A DNA stretch of 64,000 nucleotides from NCBI RefSeq assembly GCF_001194135.2, contig NC_068983.1, forward strand, positions 14,608,794 through 14,672,793, read 5' to 3'. Source of the stretch: Octopus bimaculoides (taxonomy: Eukaryota). The notes below the pieces were generated by a model that saw only the letters and a list, made by a program, of their open reading frames with translations, was not told the origin of the DNA and ran no database searches. The position numbers and the translations under genes are program-made. Within the stretch, counting starts at the first letter, position 1; every line of letters begins with the position of its first letter. Positions 36,556 through 49,193 of the stretch are shown here, in pieces.

Positions 36556-36846
36556 TTAACAATGATAATAATATTAATAATAATAATGAATGTGTCTAGC
36601 ATTACATCTGTTATCACTACTAGAGAGATATACGGCCATTTCTCTAAGGACATTATTAAATAATTTATGAGGATAGACATACGCACTTTCTTGAAAATAG
36701 CAATACCTGCCAACATTTTAATGTCATTTTCATGCAATGTTTCCTCACCCTGATTGTCATCATTAACCTTAAATATATTTCAATTTCCCTGAATATTTTC
36801 GTTAATCTTGTAATTTTTTCAGTAACAGTATGATTTTATTCTGTAG

Positions 36847-36902
36847 CTGCGTCCTTACGGGATGCAGGAAAGCCTGGAATTGTTTGTGCCACAGCAATAA
36901 AG
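36847..36902 (+). CDS. candidate internal exon (56 nt; CVLTGCRKAWNCLCHSNK or ASLRDAGKPGIVCATAIK)
   Basis: ttttattctgtag acceptor and AAG|gtatgt donor; GC-richer than flanks; two frames open. Confidence 0.35.
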
Positions 36903-37134
36903 GTATGTTCGTAGTGAGCTATACTACCACCAACATGTATTGTGAGCCTTCGTCAAGGAACTCGTCTGGAATTTTTAGACGGATTTACTTGGATACTGGT
37001 AGTATTCTGCAACTGTATTCATTTATTCCGCGTTAACGCAAAAACCTCCACCTGATCGATTGATCAGCTAAAACCAACAGCCACATCTCCCTCAAACTGC
37101 ACTACACCATCTTGAAAGTAGGACACATGCATAA

Positions 37135-37167
<33 letters not shown>

Positions 37168-37603
37168 CTTTAGAGAGACTTAGAAATATTAATAACTCTA
37201 TATATATATATGCTTTCATAAAAACGTATAGGTAAGTGGATAGTTGGTGTTAAAGAGTAATTATAAGTTTCACATAATCACTGTTCGTACATACACATAC
37301 ATTCATACGCATAGCCATACGCACACACACAATCGCCTACAAAAATATACACCCCACGCACGCGCTCACACTCGTGTATATGATATAGTTAAATGTATAG
37401 TTGTATGACCATGAAATATTTTGCCAGTGCTGGAAACTATACATAAATATGTCAATCCTTTAATAATTGCATGCATGGACAAACATACGTACACAGAAAT
37501 ATACAATATAACTGTGCATCAAACATCGACTGAATGAACGCATTGATATATATTATATAAATACACACACATATGTATGTATGTAGGTAGATAGGTAGGT
37601 AGG

Positions 37604-37636
<33 letters not shown>

Positions 37637-38033
37637 TATATATACTCATACATACTGAAATACTCTCACATACACAGATAAATATATGCACACATACATA
37701 TGTGTTTGCGTATGTGTGTGTACATAGAGTGAAAAAGAGATGAAGAAAAGAGCACACAACAGAAAGAAAGGGCGAGAGAATGTGAGAGAGGTGCATGTGC
37801 GTGTAGACATCTGTTTTACATGAGTGTTTCTCAAAAAGAATTATAACATTGTCTTTATAGAGATAAGCTGATAAAATATTAACTAATCCTTTTTGTTATA
37901 TGACTGCTTGCTTCTGTTTCTGTTTCTTACACTATTTTTTTTCAAAATATTTATCTTATTTCTCTGTATGTTTCTTGCAATTCTTTCCTTCTGCCATTCA
38001 CATTGTGTCTCGTTCGTTTTGAATGTTTCAAAG

Positions 38034-38114
38034 ATGATCTCCGTGTAATAGCAATCAGCTTATTTGATGCCCCATCAAGCAAGTACTATTTCAAGAGATT
38101 CAAAATAATCTCCA
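38034..38114 (+). CDS. candidate internal exon (phase 1 to 1, DLRVIAISLFDAPSSKYYFKRFKIIS)
   Basis: Follows a long pyrimidine tract; weak aag acceptor; CCA|gtaaat donor; frame compatible with 36847-36902. Confidence 0.2.
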
Positions 38115-38632
38115 GTAAATACTATATTTAAGAATACGACCTAGAGTGAACCAGATTTTATTTCTATTTTGAATCTCATCAGATTTTAATAACTACCGTA
38201 GATTTTTTTTCTTTCGTTATTGCATGTAAAGTTTAAACATAAAAGTTTCGTGCTTGTTTTTTTTTTATTGTTATTACTTTTCTATAATTCTATTTATTCT
38301 AATCTTAAGCTAACAATGCTGATGTGCATAAATGTGTCTCCGTTGTTAAATCTACAAACATCTGTGGATTTCAGTTCTTTAGATCGTCAACAAAGAAATG
38401 ATATTAAAACTGAAATTTAAGAGTAATGTACCAACCAGCTAGACAGCCTACTTGCAAAATACCAATTTATCTAAAATAGGTTGTGGTGAATTCTTTAAAT
38501 TCATTTTATTTCCTGTGCTTTTAATCTTTAGCATAATTGCCATAAAATACGCTTAACATCTACAGAGGAAAAGCGAAGATAAATGGAAAACAGAGAGAGA
38601 AATTTCGAGTAACCATAAAAGAAGAGAAGAGA

Positions 38633-38688
<56 letters not shown>

Positions 38689-40764
38689 GAGGGACAGGAG
38701 GAAAGGGAAAAAGAAAGAAAGGTAGAGAGGAAGAAAGAGAAGGAATAAAGTTCATCTTTAAAGGAATGAAGGAAATAATGATTTACTTATAACGAAATAG
38801 CCTATATTACCCTCCACGATAAAGAAAACATGCGACTCTACATTAAGAACCACGTTCAATTGCTTTTGATTGGTTGTTCGAGAACGTCGTTGTCGATAGA
38901 ATACACGGAGGTATATTAAAACAAATAGTTTTGGCAGAGAAAGATTGAAAGAAACGGTTTTGACTGCACCTATATGTAATTTAAACGATGGTATCAGAAT
39001 GAAAAGCTTTCAACGAAATAAAGGCTTTCAGTGTGTTCTCTTTCCTATTAAATTCTCTTCAATATTAATTATCTGGGAACAATCAAACGGGTTGCCATTG
39101 GCACGTGTTTATATAACATTTAGAACTTTAATAATTACCATTACTTTATATGCGGACGTCACCATAAAAACTCTAGCAAGAAATCACTGTGCCATGTTCG
39201 CGATGGTAGGCATGCAATCAGGTAAAGAATTTATATATACTATTCTGTCCATCGAGAAAGGTAATAGAGAGTTCAAACGTGCTTAATGTACTCTCTGTCT
39301 CTCTCTCTTCCTCTCTCTCTCTCACACACACACTCGTATACATAGAGATATATTGCAAGGAATTAGAGAGATACAACATCAACATAACCATTTATTGTGA
39401 TATGTGTGTGTATACTCATACATATATTGACGTGTTTTTCCGTATGTGCGTATATTCACAAAGATTTATACTTAATGATGTGTTTTAAAACGCACAATAT
39501 AATCTCACAAGAATTAGGGCTCAATATCCATATCACCTTAAAACCCTATATTCCTATATTTCACATTTAGCAAAGAATAATGGATAATGCTGCATGTATT
39601 TGGAGTTAGGCTATAAAGTTGGAAAAGGGATTCATAAAATTGAAATAATGATAGGAAACACACTATTGATATTTCGAAACTTTTATTATGGTCGATTCAA
39701 TATTCTTATAAAATTCCATAATTTTCTATCTATAAAATTATATATTTACAAAACTATCTCGTCAGATAAAGTCATCGAACTACATATAATGACAGGTCGA
39801 AAATGTTGCTCTTACATATCAGGGAATCATTCTCAACCCGAAATGAAACTGACGATAGAAATATAATAAAACAAAGAATAATAGACGTTCAGAAGCAAAT
39901 AACCAATACAGAGTATAAAATATATAAGAGAAATAATAATATAGAAGAAAAAAAGAAATAGAAATTAAAAATGGAAAATTTTATATATACTCCTCTGACC
40001 ATCAAGAAAAGGAATAGGAGAGTTCAAACATGCTTAATGTACAAGCAGTGTTTTCGAAGAGGAGATCTAAAATACATAAATAAACAAACAAATAGGTCAA
40101 GTTAACATAACAGGATATATAGAGGTATCAGATTAAGAATACATCAAAAGCGTAAATGCATTAAAAATACATTAGCAGTAAGTTGAAGATTATTGAAGAA
40201 GTTTGAGTAGACTATGCAGCACCATAAATCTAGTTATTATGAAGGCTTAACACACCTAGTGACCTTCAGATATATAATTTACTGTGTTACACAGGCATAC
40301 ATATACGAATAACACACACAGAAATAAGCATAGACGCTCACTGTTGCACATTTAAACCAATATACACACCCATATCTATACACATAGTCAGGTTACTCAA
40401 TGAACTCACGTATAGACGCAATACAACTGACTCTGTACCTACAATAAGACACGCAAAGCGTTATACATTTATATAGCCCAATACATAAAATATATCAAAT
40501 ATATCAATAAACTAGTAAACAAATATATACAGTTATATAAACGGATTCAGTTATATAGAGATGACTCTAATAAAGCGAAACTTAATCGATACAATAACAG
40601 TTATCCAAACTAGCATAGCTATATCGATCAAGTACACCAACCACTTACTAAATAAAAGACACTACAGCACTACAATAAAATCATAATAATATGAAATACA
40701 ATGAATTACGTGGTAGATGATATCATTATCTGTACGTAAGTACACGTCGTGCATGACCTCGGTA

Positions 40765-40950
40765 CTGTACTGAAGATCGCAAGATTGTGGCTTCGCTTCC
40801 CGGAACGGACAATGGGTTGTGATCTCTCTTGAGCAAAGCACTTCCTCTCGCGTTGCGCTGTTACTCAAATCAAAATTTAACGTGTGGCACACTGTGCACA
40901 TCTACAGGCAATGTTATTTGAGGGACAGAGAGATCATGTACAGTACAAAT
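40765..40950 (+). mobile_element. old tRNA-SINE remnant with cttgagcaaagcactt core (family D/E-like)
   Basis: gatcgcaagattgtggcttcgcttcccgg (decayed B-box) followed by ctcttgagcaaagcacttcctctcgcgttgc. Confidence 0.55.
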
Positions 40951-41184
40951 GTTTGGTTACTACAATCAAACCACTTTTTAAGGTTATTCAGCAAGAAACT
41001 ACGGAAACCTCATCTACCATCTAAGACAAGAGAGTCCACAACGACGGAAGTAATTATGTTAATAACATAACTAAATGCAGATAGGATAGAAAATAATGCT
41101 CATAGCAACCTGAATAGATAATACTACTAATAACCCAGACCAACCTGGGAGACACGAGGAACACTGAGTTGGGGTTACACTGTA

Positions 41185-41857
41185 CGAGGTGGTTATCGAA
41201 AAGTTCCCGGACTAGTTCTGTTGCAGCACACAATTGCGTGCACAGTGAGAGCTTGCAGTGACCTTCATGAGACACTGTGCCGAGTGACATCGCTGTGTTT
41301 GCTTCGCAGGTTGTGAAATTTCTGTTTTTGTGATCACGTGTATGCTATAGTCTGCGATTTTGTCATAGAAAGGAAGTTGGAAAAAAAAGCGGAGTGGAGT
41401 ATTGTGTTAAACTTGGGATGTCTGCTACAGAGACATTGCGAAAGCAACTGAACCGGTGGGGCACGAAAAACTGAATCCTTCACGATGACAATGTGCCGTC
41501 ACTGAGCTCTACTCACTCGTAAGTTTCTCGCCAAAAACATGGTATCACCTCCTAACCAGCCCTGTTCGCCAGATTTAGTACCTGTGGACTGCCATCTCTT
41601 CTCCAAGATGAAAATGCAGGTTAAAATTCGCCGTTTCAGCATCTTTGTCGAGATCTAGAGCGAATCACAGAAGGACTTCGTCTCACTTACCGAAAAGGAC
41701 ACCCAGGCCAGATTCCAAAAGCAGAAGGAATACCGAGAAAAGTATATTGCTGCGCAAGTTGATTATTTCAAAGGAGGTGATGTTAAAACTGAGGTAAAGA
41801 AGTTAATTTTTTCTTTATTAAACATAATTATTCCGGGGACTTTTTGATACCATCTCG
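41185..41857 (+). mobile_element. 673-bp internally deleted mariner with both TIRs
   Basis: TA|cgaggtggttatcgaaaagttcccgga...ttccggggactttttgataccatctcg|TA; remnants ILHDDNVPS and QPCSPDLVPVDCHLFSKMK (decayed LHHDNAP and YSPDLAP.D motifs). Confidence 0.9.
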
Positions 41858-42309
41858 TACATATTTCCACCAAATAAATTCATAGGTGGGAACTACATGA
41901 CTCAAAAAGGTATTTAAAATAATATTTAACAGTGTTTGTGTTATAGCCTATTGGTTATAGGTCCCTTTACAGTACTTCATCTTCTTCCTACATGATTTAG
42001 TACAAGACAATCTTCTTATGATGCCTGCTATTAAAATGAGCAAAAGAGAAAAGAAGGAGAGAAAAAGGTTAGGAAGTAGATGTGTTTTAACTTATACGTA
42101 TTCCCCCAACACCGTTTATGTGAGTTACGGGGTATGAAGCGTACGTTGATTCACGCTACTGCAAAAATAGTTTTTAAATACCGATTTATATCTGCGTTTA
42201 CAATTAATTATTAATTCACTTTATGGTCGCATGACTATTTCTGACAAGCCAACCTGCTCTCAACCTATTCACAGACTTTAAATCAACTGAAGACCTCGTT
42301 AGGACCTGA

Positions 42310-42850
42310 GAACATTGTCTAGGCCTGAATGGAGCGACAGAATTCAGATCTGACCGATGCCCTCCAGGGCTTTTTGAGTCCACCGATTTGCCCCAGTTGA
42401 TGTTACACTCTTGGTATTCGTTGTACAGTCATAGTATATGTTCAGTATTGTGTCGGCTGTTTCCCTGTCCAACGTGTCACAAACGATGAGTGAGACATCA
42501 TTCGTGTATACGGGTAAGGTTCTCTTGTGACCCGCTCCGAGTGATATGATTTTCAATGTCTTCATCCTACGCAACAGTTCAGAACCAAAACATAGAGAAG
42601 AGGAACACACGGGCATCCTTAACAGACGAAAAGTTCGAAACCAAAGGATACTGAAAGGTAATCATTCAGTCTGACCGCCAAAGGGATCCTGCTGTATATT
42701 GTAGCGCCCCGGCTTCTGAAGGTGGGTGTGAAACCAACTACTTTTCGGACAGCTGACTAGTATCGAGGTCTATCCTGTCGGGAGTTTTGGACTGATTCAA
42801 ACTGACCAGCACATCGATAAAGCCAGACCTTTTCCCGACCTGTTTTATGG
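42310..42850 (-). pseudogene. L1/Tx1-clade reverse transcriptase remnant
   Basis: SLNQSKTPDRID (from LDQSKAFDRVD), VC*GCPCVPLLYVL (from VRQGCPLSPLLY), VYTNDVSLIV (from AYADDVTVIV) in the correct order. Confidence 0.8.
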
Positions 42851-43203
42851 TGTATCGCCATGAGATTAATGTTGTTATGTTTAGATATTCCGTGAATAAC
42901 ATGTTTGTGTGTCTCTGAATGGTCGTATTTAGATAGCCTGAGATTAGCCTGTGTAGACTATTGGTATATTCAGATACATCAGAATGAAATCTTTCTTTGC
43001 CATGACGTTTAAATAGTAAATACTATGTAGAGTGTGTCTCTATTTCTATTGTACTCCCATTCACAGCTTGTCATAATCCTCTCCGGGGAATATCGTTATT
43101 CCTTCGCACAGATCCATGTTTTAATTTAAGAAAAAAATTATAATTTTGCGAATATAAAAGGAAAAGCAAACAATTATCCTGAAGGAGGAACCATATTTTT
43201 ATA

Positions 43204-43235
43204 TGATGATGATGATCATGATGATGATGATGATG

Positions 43236-43300
<65 letters not shown>
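43204..43300. repeat. (GAT)n-(AAT)n microsatellite
   Basis: Direct reading. Confidence 0.97.
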
Positions 43301-43302
<2 letters not shown>

Positions 43303-43642
43303 AGGAGATGTAGTGCAACGGCCGGCTGAGTTACAAATTCCGTAGATCAGGATTTACAATGTTCAGGTATACAGTGCAAGCATAAACAACGGAATGCAAG
43401 ACGGGCAAAATCTGGTCTCAAATAGTTGTTTGAGCATCAACATATCTGCGTATCAGCCGAGGCGGTGGCTTATAAAGAAATTTATAACAGAGGTAAAGAT
43501 ATCTAGGCACGTACATATATCTTCAAATCCACAAATCTACAGATCCTATCTCAATAGATATATCTCTTTAGGATTGTTTCTGTTAGTTATTTTTAGTTCA
43601 TTGCATAGATAACACTAGAGCAATGTCTTTATGATTTTATTT

Positions 43643-43779
43643 CTTGCTTCCCAACCACATGGTTACGGGTTCAGGCCCACTGCGTGGCACCTTGGGCAAG
43701 TGTCTTCTACTATAGCCTCGGGCCGACCAAAGCCTTGTAAGTGGATTTGGTGGACGGAAACTGAAAGAAGCCCGTTGTA

Positions 43780-43819
<40 letters not shown>

Positions 43820-44043
43820 TATATGTATGTGTGTGTGTGTATATGTTTGTGTGTTTGTACCCTCAACATCGCTTGACAACCGATGCTGGTGTGTTTACGA
43901 CCCCGTAACCTGGCGGTTCGGCAAAAGAAATCGATAGAATAAGTACTAGGCTTACAAAGAATAAGTCCTGGTGTCTATTTGCTCGACTAAAGGCGGTGCT
44001 CCAGCATGGCCGCAGTCAAATGACTGAAACAAGTAAAAGAGTA
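43643..44043 (+). mobile_element. SINE family A, lacking the A-box end
   Basis: ccaaccacatggttacgggttcaggccc...gcggtgctccagcatggccgcagtcaaatgactgaaacaagtaaaagagta. Confidence 0.92.
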
Positions 44044-45398
44044 CCTTTAGACCTGTTAATCTATTTCGTGTGTTAAGCACATATTAAATCTCTGTTTAAA
44101 CCTTTTATTCCTGTTATTGAAGTGATTTCTTTTAGTGTTTTTCCAGATAGATTATGTAAGTTTCCTACACTAGACTCACTGATTAATGCAACATATATGT
44201 TAACAAATCTGCGGAAAGTATTTCTTTAATGTCGATTGTAATATAACGTGTTTGTTACTTAGTAATATTTGTTACTTATATTTTCATTTAGTAGTCCTTA
44301 ATCCATAAATTTAGTTATAATATCTTGTATATCCATTTTATTTTATTGTATTTATTAAGCTCTAGTCTAATGTTTGTTTTATCGCTTAATTTCAATCACC
44401 ATAAAGTTTATTTTTTGCAGTTTCCTCCTGCATTCACGCAGACTAATATTTGATAACATTGTTTTGGGAAATTATGTATTTATATGATGTGGACTCGGTG
44501 CGCGCGTGTGTGTGTTTTGTCTTGGTCACGTGTACTTCATTGGATTGAATGATAATGCTAGATGTCGAAACCATAATGAACTCCGATACAGCAGCTGCTG
44601 ACGCGTTGTGTATCTATGTCCGTTTGGATTAATTTCTTTTTGTTGTATATATATGTGTATATATAGCTGTTTCTACGTTCCCCATTTGCTTTGGTTTGGA
44701 CTACTAAATAAGTATATACAAATAAATAGAATCTGATTTCATATTCTAGTTCTAATAATTTCTTTGTAATGCCATCACGTAAAATATATTAAATCTCACA
44801 TAATATTATTTCTCGTTTCCAATAAATATGACGTCTTATGCCTTATAATGCAATTTCTTTCCATAAAGATATAAATATATTCTCCTTCTAGGGAATGGCG
44901 GTGTAGGTTAGTGGTAAACTCCCAGTACAACGGGTTTGGCAGGGCTTGAATTTTATAACGTTGAAACAGCTCCCTCCCCACCAAAAAAAAAAAACCCCCC
45001 AAAATATGGAACCTGTTTGTTCTATAGAAAAATCAATTATTAATTAATCAACTTTCGATGCAAATTTGGTTTGCTGTACATTTCTCAGCGGCTACGTAAT
45101 GTTAAAGTTTTCTATTATATTTCTTTAATCAAAGTTATTGGACTGCCTTTGTACACTGTAAACGCAGTAATGTTTTGTTTTTGTTTATTTTTTTTTTCTG
45201 TGGTTTTTGTGTTCTGTTTTTATTCACATCAAAATTGATTACTGAAAATAACGATTTTGGTTTTAAAAACATCATAAACCAACAATGCATATATATATAT
45301 ATATATATGTGCGTATATGTATGCGTATGTATATGTATATATATGTACGTAAGCATAGCATCTGTATGCGTGCTGTATGTATGCATGCATATATATGC

Positions 45399-45455
<57 letters not shown>

Positions 45456-45639
45456 NNNNNNNNNNNNNNNNNNNNNNNNNNNNNNNNNNNNNNNNNNNNN
45501 NNNNNNNNNNNNNNNNNNNNNNNNNNNNNNNNNNNNNNNNNNNNNNNNNNNNNNNNNNNNNNNNNNNNNNNNNNNNNNNNNNNNNNNNNNNNNNNNNNNN
45601 NNNNNNNNNNNNNNNNNNNNTATGCATGCATATATATGC

Positions 45640-45685
<46 letters not shown>

Positions 45686-46018
45686 GTTTCGGAAAAGAGA
45701 GGAAGACAGAGCATAATCCTAATGAAAATTCAATCCTTAGAAAGAAATCAAATACTTAGCTAACAGTTTACAACCAAGCCCAAGCTGATAGAAGTCAGAA
45801 TATAATATACACAAAGAAGCAAAACAAAAGAAACCACAACATAGGAAAATAATAATAATAATAACATAAAATAAAGATAATACATCAAACTGAAAGACTT
45901 AAAAATAGTACTTGATAAAATCAATAGCATAATTAGAGGAAAGAGGGATGTAGATGATAGGTGAGAGATAATAACATTAATTTGACTGTATTCCGAAATA
46001 GTTATCTCGAAAGCCTTC

Positions 46019-46051
<33 letters not shown>

Positions 46052-47494
46052 CATGATTAGTAGCGAATATAAAAAGAAATTTGACGTCGATAAGTAAATA
46101 TTTTGGTAGTCGATCTTTGAAAGTAACTGATTCATATCAATGTGTGTTCCATACGAGTGGGCGGAGATGGCGTTGGCGGCGGAGGATGTGAATATATAAT
46201 TAGAAATATGGGAAGGTCATATAGAAGGGTTAGGAAACGCTTTCAGAAATCCACGATTGATGTGTCAAGAAAGAATTCTAATCAGAATTTCTGCAAGCGC
46301 CAGTATTAAGATTGATCACCGCAGCATCTGGTTATTTTCAGCTTTTAGAGTGACTTTATAACAAAATTTAGTTTAGTTAATTTGTTTATTTTGTTACTGT
46401 ATTTTCTTTTTATTTTGTATAGTAAATTAGAAATTTACTATCGCACTGTTAACCGTACACTTGTGCATACAAAGCACATGGATTTGAATGTCTGTCTGTC
46501 TGTCTGCCTGTCTGCCTGTCTGTCTGTCTGTCTGTCTGTGTACCTATCCATACGCGCATATACACATATTTAAATAAATCTATGTGTACCTCCTATTCTC
46601 TCTCTTTTTCTCATATATGTATATATGTGTGTGCGTGTGCGAGAGAGAAAGAAAGTGTTTGTAANNNNNNNNNNNNNNNNNNNNNNNNNNNNNNNNNNNN
46701 NNNNNNNNNNNNNNNNNNNNNNNNNNNNNNNNNNNNNNNNNNNNNNNNNNNNNNNNNNNNNNNNNNNNNNNNNNNNNNNNNNNNNNNNNNNNNNNNNNNN
46801 NNNNNNNNNNNNNNNNNNNNNNNNNNNNNNNNNNNNNNNNNNNNNNNNNNNNNNNNNNNNNNNNNNNNNNNNNNNNNNNNNNNNNNNNNNNNNNNNNNNN
46901 NNNNNNNNNNNNNNNNNNNNNNNNNNNNNNNNNNNNNNNNNNNNNNNNNNNNNNNNNNNNNNNNNNNNNNNNNNNNNNNNNNNNNNNNNNNNNNNNNNNN
47001 NNNNNNNNNNNNNNNNNNNNNNNNNNNNNNNNNNNNNNNNNNNNNNNNNNNNNNNNNNNNNNNNNNNNNNNNNNNNNNNNNNNNNNNNNNNNNNNNNNNN
47101 NNNNNNNNNNNNNNNNNNNNNNNNNNNNNNNNNNNNNNNNNNNNNNNNNNNNNNNNNNNNNNNNNNNNNNNNNNNNNNNNNNNNNNNNNNNNNNNNNNNN
47201 NNNNNNNNNNNNNNNNNNNNNNNNNNNNNNNNNNNNNNNNNNNNNNNNNNNNNNNNNNNNNNNNNNNNNNNNNNNNNNNNNNNNNNNNNNNNNNNNNNNN
47301 NNNNNNNNNNNNNNNNNNNNNNNNNNNNNNNNNNNNNNNNNNNNNNNNNNNNNNNNNNNNNNNNNNNNNNNNNNNNNNNNNNNNNNNNNNNNNNNNNNNN
47401 NNNNNNNNNNNNNNNNNNNNNNNNNNNTTCAGAAATATTATCTGCAATCTCAGGGGATTGAGGTACATTTTAAAAAATAAGCTGTAATTAGCAG

Positions 47495-47592
47495 AACCAT
47501 ATGCACGCGCACCAATGGCGGTGGGCAACTCTGTATACGATTCTGATGATTACGGTTCATTACAAATCAGGCTGATGATGAATAGACAAATG
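47495..47592 (+). CDS. candidate internal exon (phase 1 to 0, PYARAPMAVGNSVYDSDDYGSLQIRLMMNRQM)
   Basis: ttagcag acceptor (moderate); ATG|gtaaga donor; 32 open codons in one frame only. Confidence 0.25.
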
Positions 47593-47844
47593 GTAAGAAT
47601 TTGTTAAATCCGAAACTAGTTCCTGTTATAAATGCTTTTTTAGGTGATTTTAAATGTCTTGCCAGCTCACGTTTTTGGTATGCTGCTATATTTCATGTTG
47701 AGAACAATTTAGGTCTTAATAGACACAAGATGTGATCTATTTCTAGCGCATTAATTGTCCACGTTAGTGGTCGACGTTATTTTTTAAAATGTACATTAAT
47801 CGATATTAATTATATATATATATATATATATAGACACATATATG

Positions 47845-48330
47845 CTTTCTTTACTTGTATCATTCACAGGACTGCAGTCATGCTGGGGCACCCCCTTGAT
47901 TTAATTTAAATCTGGTACTTATTCCATCGTTCTGTTTTAAACAAATTAACAGCGATTGTGAAATGACAGCAGGTTGGGTAGGAAAACAAGCACAAACCTG
48001 TTATGTCTCAAGCTACTGCTATCTAGCACCTTCGGATGATCTCTACTCAACCGCTACACGGCAGCTACTCAACAGTGAGTCCAATGGCAGTCCACCCCTT
48101 ACCACGGTCAGACTACCTCTATTTACATATCTTGGTCGAGCCTACTTCTTCGCTTGGGTGCATCGATACAACGAAACCCAAACACGCATATACACACACA
48201 TTCACACATATACACACATTCATACATACATGCACACAAACACATGCATGCACAGGTTTATGTACGACAGCCTTCCATACAGTTTCCGACTTAGAAATTT
48301 ATTCATAAGGAATTGATCGGCCCTGGACCA
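47845..48330 (-). mobile_element. old SINE family A hosting the solo-LTR copy 2
   Basis: Tail gactgcagtcatgctggggcacc on the left; cagtttccgac...gatcggccctgg on the right of the LTR and the (CA)/(TA) tract. Confidence 0.65.
47999..48173 (+). mobile_element. solo-LTR/TRIM-like element, copy 2
   Basis: TGTTATGTC...GATACAACG termini; 5-bp TSD AAACC at 47994-47998 and 48174-48178. Confidence 0.8.
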
Positions 48331-48338
48331 CACACACG

Positions 48339-48389
<51 letters not shown>

Positions 48390-48671
48390 TTCAACTGAAA
48401 TGGATAATTATCAGCACAAGTACTCGATTCGTAGAATGTCGAGCAGCAGTTATATTTTTTTAAATACAACACAAGTAACAAAACAACAGCTGCACAATTT
48501 TGTAGTAGAAGGGAGTTGATTGTATAATGCATTTGCTGCATCAACCAACATGGGTAGGGGAATATGCAATCATAAAAAAAAGCAATCAGATTATATAAAT
48601 TAGTATGACAGAGAGTGTAGATTTATGGTAGGCGATAACTCATGAACACAAAAATTATAATAAATCAATTT

Positions 48672-48822
48672 AAATATAGATGTTTTCGATCTAGTTTGGA
48701 TTCTTCGCCATCAAATTTGAATACTTTGCCATCAAATTCGATGGCAAAGAATTCAAATATGATGGCAAAGAATTCGAATTTGATGGCAAAGAATCCGAAC
48801 TAGATTGAAAACATCTATATTT
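48672..48822. mobile_element. 151-bp foldback/MITE built from 21-bp subrepeats
   Basis: Arms aaatatagatgttttcgatctagtttggattctt and aagaatccgaactagattgaaaacatctatattt are inverted; ttctttgccatcaaatt(c/t)gaa units, two forward and three reverse. Confidence 0.85.
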
Positions 48823-49109
48823 CGTGTGCAAAAATAGGGTATTAAGTATTGTACAATATTCTAATAATCCCTTTCGTTATGCGCTCATTTGTCTATGGCA
48901 ATTTGGAGCCTTGAAAGCTATATCATATTGAAGTCACACTATTTGTAAGATCCGGCCATATTAGTCACCCGAAAACAATGGTATATATTTTAATCCTAAG
49001 CATCTGACACACCACAATATTTATTTGTGTACTCCAAATGCAATAGTACGTATCTAATTCATCGGATTTTACTCTATAAATAAAGTCTTTGCTGGACATG
49101 TTTCTGTAG

Positions 49110-49193
49110 GTGATACTTTATAGTTCGTTGCCGCTCTTTGTTCTGAATTACCGTGCCAGATCGCGAGAAGAACATTTCTGCACAACGCCTGCT
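49110..49193 (+). CDS. candidate internal exon (phase 0 to 0, VILYSSLPLFVLNYRARSREEHFCTTPA)
   Basis: gtttctgtag acceptor and GCT|gtaagt donor; open in the frame continuing 47495-47592. Confidence 0.25.

Noticed and set aside
48700-48795. CRISPR-like array of short repeats
   Set aside because: Units are contiguous, partly inverted, have no unique spacers, and the context is eukaryotic.
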